Source: Spirochaetia bacterium
GTDB taxonomy: Bacteria; Spirochaetota; Spirochaetia; SZUA-6; Bin103
Reading direction: 5' to 3'
NCBI GenBank assembly: GCA_965203515.1
Contig: OZ241907.1
Location: forward strand, 2,560,001-2,624,000
Length of the DNA: 64,000 bases
The translations under genes and the position numbers were made by a program. The notes beneath the pieces were generated by a model. The model did not search any database. It was not told the DNA's origin and worked only from the letters and a program-made list of their open reading frames with translations. How positions within the stretch are numbered: position 1 is the first letter of the stretch; each line of letters begins with the position of its first letter. Positions 61,099-64,000 of the stretch are shown piece after piece.

Positions 61099-63126
61099 AT
61101 GCACCGTAAGAAGGCTTGGGGGGCGGTGTTGGCATCGGCCCTTGGCTTGGCCCTGTCGATGCCGGCGGTCGCCCAGATGGTCGATACGTTCGCCTACGAC
61201 GGCCCGCTGCCGACCACGTTCAACGAGGCGCCGATGCTGGCCGCGCGCGTGGCGGCCGGGGAGCTGCCGCCGGTCGAAGAGCGGCTGCCGATCGCCTCGG
61301 ACGTCCTGGTCGTCCCGGTGGTCGAGCGGATCGGCGAGTACGGCGGCACGTGGCGGCGCGGCTTCGCCGGTCCCAGCGACGGCCAGAACGCCGACCGCAT
61401 CATGATGGACCACCTGCTGCTGTACGACATCGACGGCACCAACATCGTGCCCAACAACATCAAGGACTGGACGCTGGAAGACGACGGCGTCACCTACACG
61501 TTCGAGCTGCGGCGGGAGATGAAGTGGTCGGACGGCATGCCGTTCACCGCCGACGACTTCCTGTGGGCCAACGAGCACATCGTCTGTCATGAGACGCTCA
61601 ACCCGGAGAAGCAGTGCCGGCTCGGCTTTTCGTCCTTCAACCCGCAGGTGCGCAAGATCGACGACAGCACGATTCAGTGGTACTTCGAGACCCCGCAGGC
61701 CGGCTTCATCGACGACGTGGCGACCTACCGCGTGGCCGGCTGGACGCTCAACGGCCGCGTCGGCTCCCCCTCGTTCGCCCCGGCCCATTTCCTGGAACAG
61801 TTCCACAAGGACTTCGTCGACGCGGACGCGATCGACCGGATGGTGGCCGCGGAAGGCTTCGAGAACTGGGAGACCTTCTTCAGAAACAAGATCGACGTGC
61901 ACAAGACGGTGGAGGCGCCGACGGTCGCCCCGTGGGTCGTCACCAGCCCCAACAACACCGATCTGTGGGCGTTCGAGCGCAACCCCTACTACTACGGGGT
62001 CGATCCGGTCGGGAACCAGCTTCCGTACATCGACGCTATCCAGATGCGGCTGTACGCGGACGCCGAGACGCACAACCTGCGCGCCGCCAACGGCGAGTAC
62101 GACTTCAACCACCGCTCCATCGCCTTCAACAACGTGCCGACCTTCATCGAGAACGCGGAACGGGGCAACTACCGGCTGATGCTGTGGCCGGGCGACGCCA
62201 CCGTGGCGGTCGCCTTCAACTACACCTACGGCCTGGGCGGCGACGACCTGACCGAAGACCCGGACCCGGAGATCCGCAAGTGGATCACCAACCGCGACTT
62301 CAAGATCGCCATGTCGCACGCCATCAACCGCGACAAGATCAATGAGCTGGTCTACTTCGGCACGGCCACCGGCCGGCAGGCGGTCTTCCCGCAGTGGCAC
62401 GCCCACTATCCGGGCGATGAGGTCGCGTACCGCTATGCCGATCACGACCCGGCCAAGGCGAACGCCATGCTGGATGATATCGGCCTTGCGGACCGGGACG
62501 CCGACGGCTTCCGTCTGCGCACCGACGGCAGCGGCCGACGGTTGACGCTCGACTTCTCCTACAGCGCCGGGTGGTTCACCACCGCCGGCATCATGGAACT
62601 CCTCAAGGAGGACTGGGAGGAAGTCGGCATCAACGTCAATCTGCGCCTGGTGCAGGGCACCGCGGTCACCGACGAGCGCGGCGGCAACCTGCAGCAGCTC
62701 TTCCTGGACGGCGACGTCAACGCGCGCGAGCCGACCAGCCTGATCTCCGGACGCAGCGCCTTCCCGGCGTACTCGAACTGGTACTCGCAGCGTTCCGGCT
62801 CCTACACGCTGGGCGCGGTGGCGGTCGAGCCGCCGGAGTCCGACACCGAATTCTGGCGGCTGGTCGAGCTGAGCGACGAATCGCAGTTGATGCGCTACGC
62901 CGACCGCACGGCGAACTACCTGGAGACGCAGGAGATCGCCGTGGACAACCTCTACTACATCGGCCTGATCGGCGATTCGGCCGCCTCCAACGGCGTGATC
63001 GTCGTCAAGAACAACTTCCGCAACGTGCCGGAGCGCGCGCCCAACGTCTCGGCGCTGCAGAACCCCGGAAGCGGGCGGACCGTGCAGTTCTTCTTCGAAG
63101 GCGGCAAGAACGACGCCGGCTTCTGA
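61099..63126 (+). CDS. ABC transporter substrate-binding protein, family 5 (peptide/nickel type)
   Basis: GGAGG SD, signal peptide, EAPMLAARVAAGELPPVEERLP, MKWSDGMPFTADD, ERNPYYYGVDPVGNQLPYID. Confidence 0.92.
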   Translation: MHRKKAWGAVLASALGLALSMPAVAQMVDTFAYDGPLPTTFNEAPMLAARVAAGELPPVEERLPIASDVLVVPVVERIGEYGGTWRRGFAGPSDGQNADRIMMDHLLLYDIDGTNIVPNNIKDWTLEDDGVTYTFELRREMKWSDGMPFTADDFLWANEHIVCHETLNPEKQCRLGFSSFNPQVRKIDDSTIQWYFETPQAGFIDDVATYRVAGWTLNGRVGSPSFAPAHFLEQFHKDFVDADAIDRMVAAEGFENWETFFRNKIDVHKTVEAPTVAPWVVTSPNNTDLWAFERNPYYYGVDPVGNQLPYIDAIQMRLYADAETHNLRAANGEYDFNHRSIAFNNVPTFIENAERGNYRLMLWPGDATVAVAFNYTYGLGGDDLTEDPDPEIRKWITNRDFKIAMSHAINRDKINELVYFGTATGRQAVFPQWHAHYPGDEVAYRYADHDPAKANAMLDDIGLADRDADGFRLRTDGSGRRLTLDFSYSAGWFTTAGIMELLKEDWEEVGINVNLRLVQGTAVTDERGGNLQQLFLDGDVNAREPTSLISGRSAFPAYSNWYSQRSGSYTLGAVAVEPPESDTEFWRLVELSDESQLMRYADRTANYLETQEIAVDNLYYIGLIGDSAASNGVIVVKNNFRNVPERAPNVSALQNPGSGRTVQFFFEGGKNDAGF

Positions 63127-63142
63127 GTTCGTGAGTTCATGC

Positions 63143-63177
63143 GAGCGGCCCGCTCCGGCAACGGAGCCGGGCCGCTC
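63143..63177 (+). other. Intergenic GC-rich hairpin with GCAA tetraloop (mRNA-stabilising or partial terminator)
   Basis: GAGCGGCCCGCTCCG-GCAA-CGGAGCCGGGCCGCTC (one bulge) between the binding-protein and permease genes. Confidence 0.65.
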
Positions 63178-63200
63178 CGTGCTTTCGCGGTAACCACCCC

Positions 63201-64000
63201 ATGGGTACCTACATCGCCCGCCGGTTCGGCTACGCGGTGCTCACGTCGCTGGCCATCTCCCTGGTGGCGTTCCTGATCGTGCAGCTCCCGCCGGGTGACT
63301 TCGCCACCCATTACATACAGACCCAACTGGGCGCGGGTCAGGGCGCCGGCGCGTCCGGGAACATCATGGGCGATCCGGCCCTGGAGGCGCAATTACGCGC
63401 CGAATTCGGGCTCGACCGGCCGGTTTCCGTCCAGTACATCAGGTGGCTGCAACGCATCCTCACCGGCGACTGGGGGATGTCCTTTTCGTTCGGCCGACCG
63501 ATCGCCGACGTGATCGCCGACCGGCTCACCAATACCATCATCCTGGCCGTCGCCACCATCCTGTTTACCTGGGTTCTGTCGATCCCGATCGGCATCTACT
63601 CGGCGACGCACCAATACACGCCGCAGGACTACGCGGTCACGTTCGTCGGCTTCCTGGGTCTGGCGGTGCCGAACTTCCTGCTCGCTCTGGTACTCCTGTG
63701 GGCCGGGGCGTTGGTGTTCGGCTGGGAGATCGGCGGCCTGTACGCCCCGCAGTACCTCAACGAACCGTGGTCCTGGGCGAAGTTCGCCAGCATGCTGCCG
63801 CGTCTGGCCGTTCCGGCCATCGTGCTGGGCACCGCCGGCGCCGCTTCGCTGATCCGCATCACGCGCAACAACCTGCTCGACGAGCTGGGCAAGCAGTACG
63901 TGATGTCGGCGCGCGCCAAGGGCGTGTCCGAGCGGAAGCTCGTCTTCAAGTATCCGCTGCGTCTGGCGATCAATCCGGTCATCTCCAACGCCGCCTATCT
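63201..64000 (+). CDS. ABC transporter permease (DppB/OppB-like), truncated by the window end
   Basis: MGTYIARRFGYAV...VQLPPGD...FGLDRP...GDWGMSF...YVMSARAKG. Confidence 0.9.
   Translation, partial: MGTYIARRFGYAVLTSLAISLVAFLIVQLPPGDFATHYIQTQLGAGQGAGASGNIMGDPALEAQLRAEFGLDRPVSVQYIRWLQRILTGDWGMSFSFGRPIADVIADRLTNTIILAVATILFTWVLSIPIGIYSATHQYTPQDYAVTFVGFLGLAVPNFLLALVLLWAGALVFGWEIGGLYAPQYLNEPWSWAKFASMLPRLAVPAIVLGTAGAASLIRITRNNLLDELGKQYVMSARAKGVSERKLVFKYPLRLAINPVISNAAY

Overview
High-GC bacterial chromosomal window. No rRNA, tRNA, CRISPR array or integrase was seen. From left to right: (i) 5' end of ilvB, a folate cyclohydrolase/FolD pair and a DEAD-box RNA helicase. (ii) A pyrR-pyrB-pyrC-carA-carB-pyrK-pyrD operon with a sigma70 promoter, a PyrR-binding loop, a 14-aa leader ORF and a terminator. 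(iii) A ~25 kb, entirely minus-strand, tightly coupled defence island (13025-37868). Its host-like high-GC backbone (Type III-like Res, Mod, RelE-like/UvrD fusion helicase) is interrupted by cassettes: Lamassu (Cap4-like nuclease type), HEPN/MNT, two Rpn nucleases with internal SD+ATG, DUF5131+TcmP, three ABC/AAA ATPases (one lacking its Walker A GK[S/T]), GmrSD and an ImmA-like/VapC pair. (iv) An oxidative catabolic cluster (BBOX/TauD-like, HD-domain, GcvT/DmdA-like, ADH, four PhyH genes), a frameshifted Fic gene and yceI. (v) prfA-prmC-rel-endonuclease III-like. (vi) A polyamine-type ABC transporter. (vii) An AT-richer three-gene islet (TIGR04255-like, unknown, ART-like) that may be an undescribed toxin-antitoxin-chaperone-like system. 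(viii) An arylsulfotransferase and the start of a peptide-type ABC transporter. All family calls come from motifs recognised by eye; no database searches were run.
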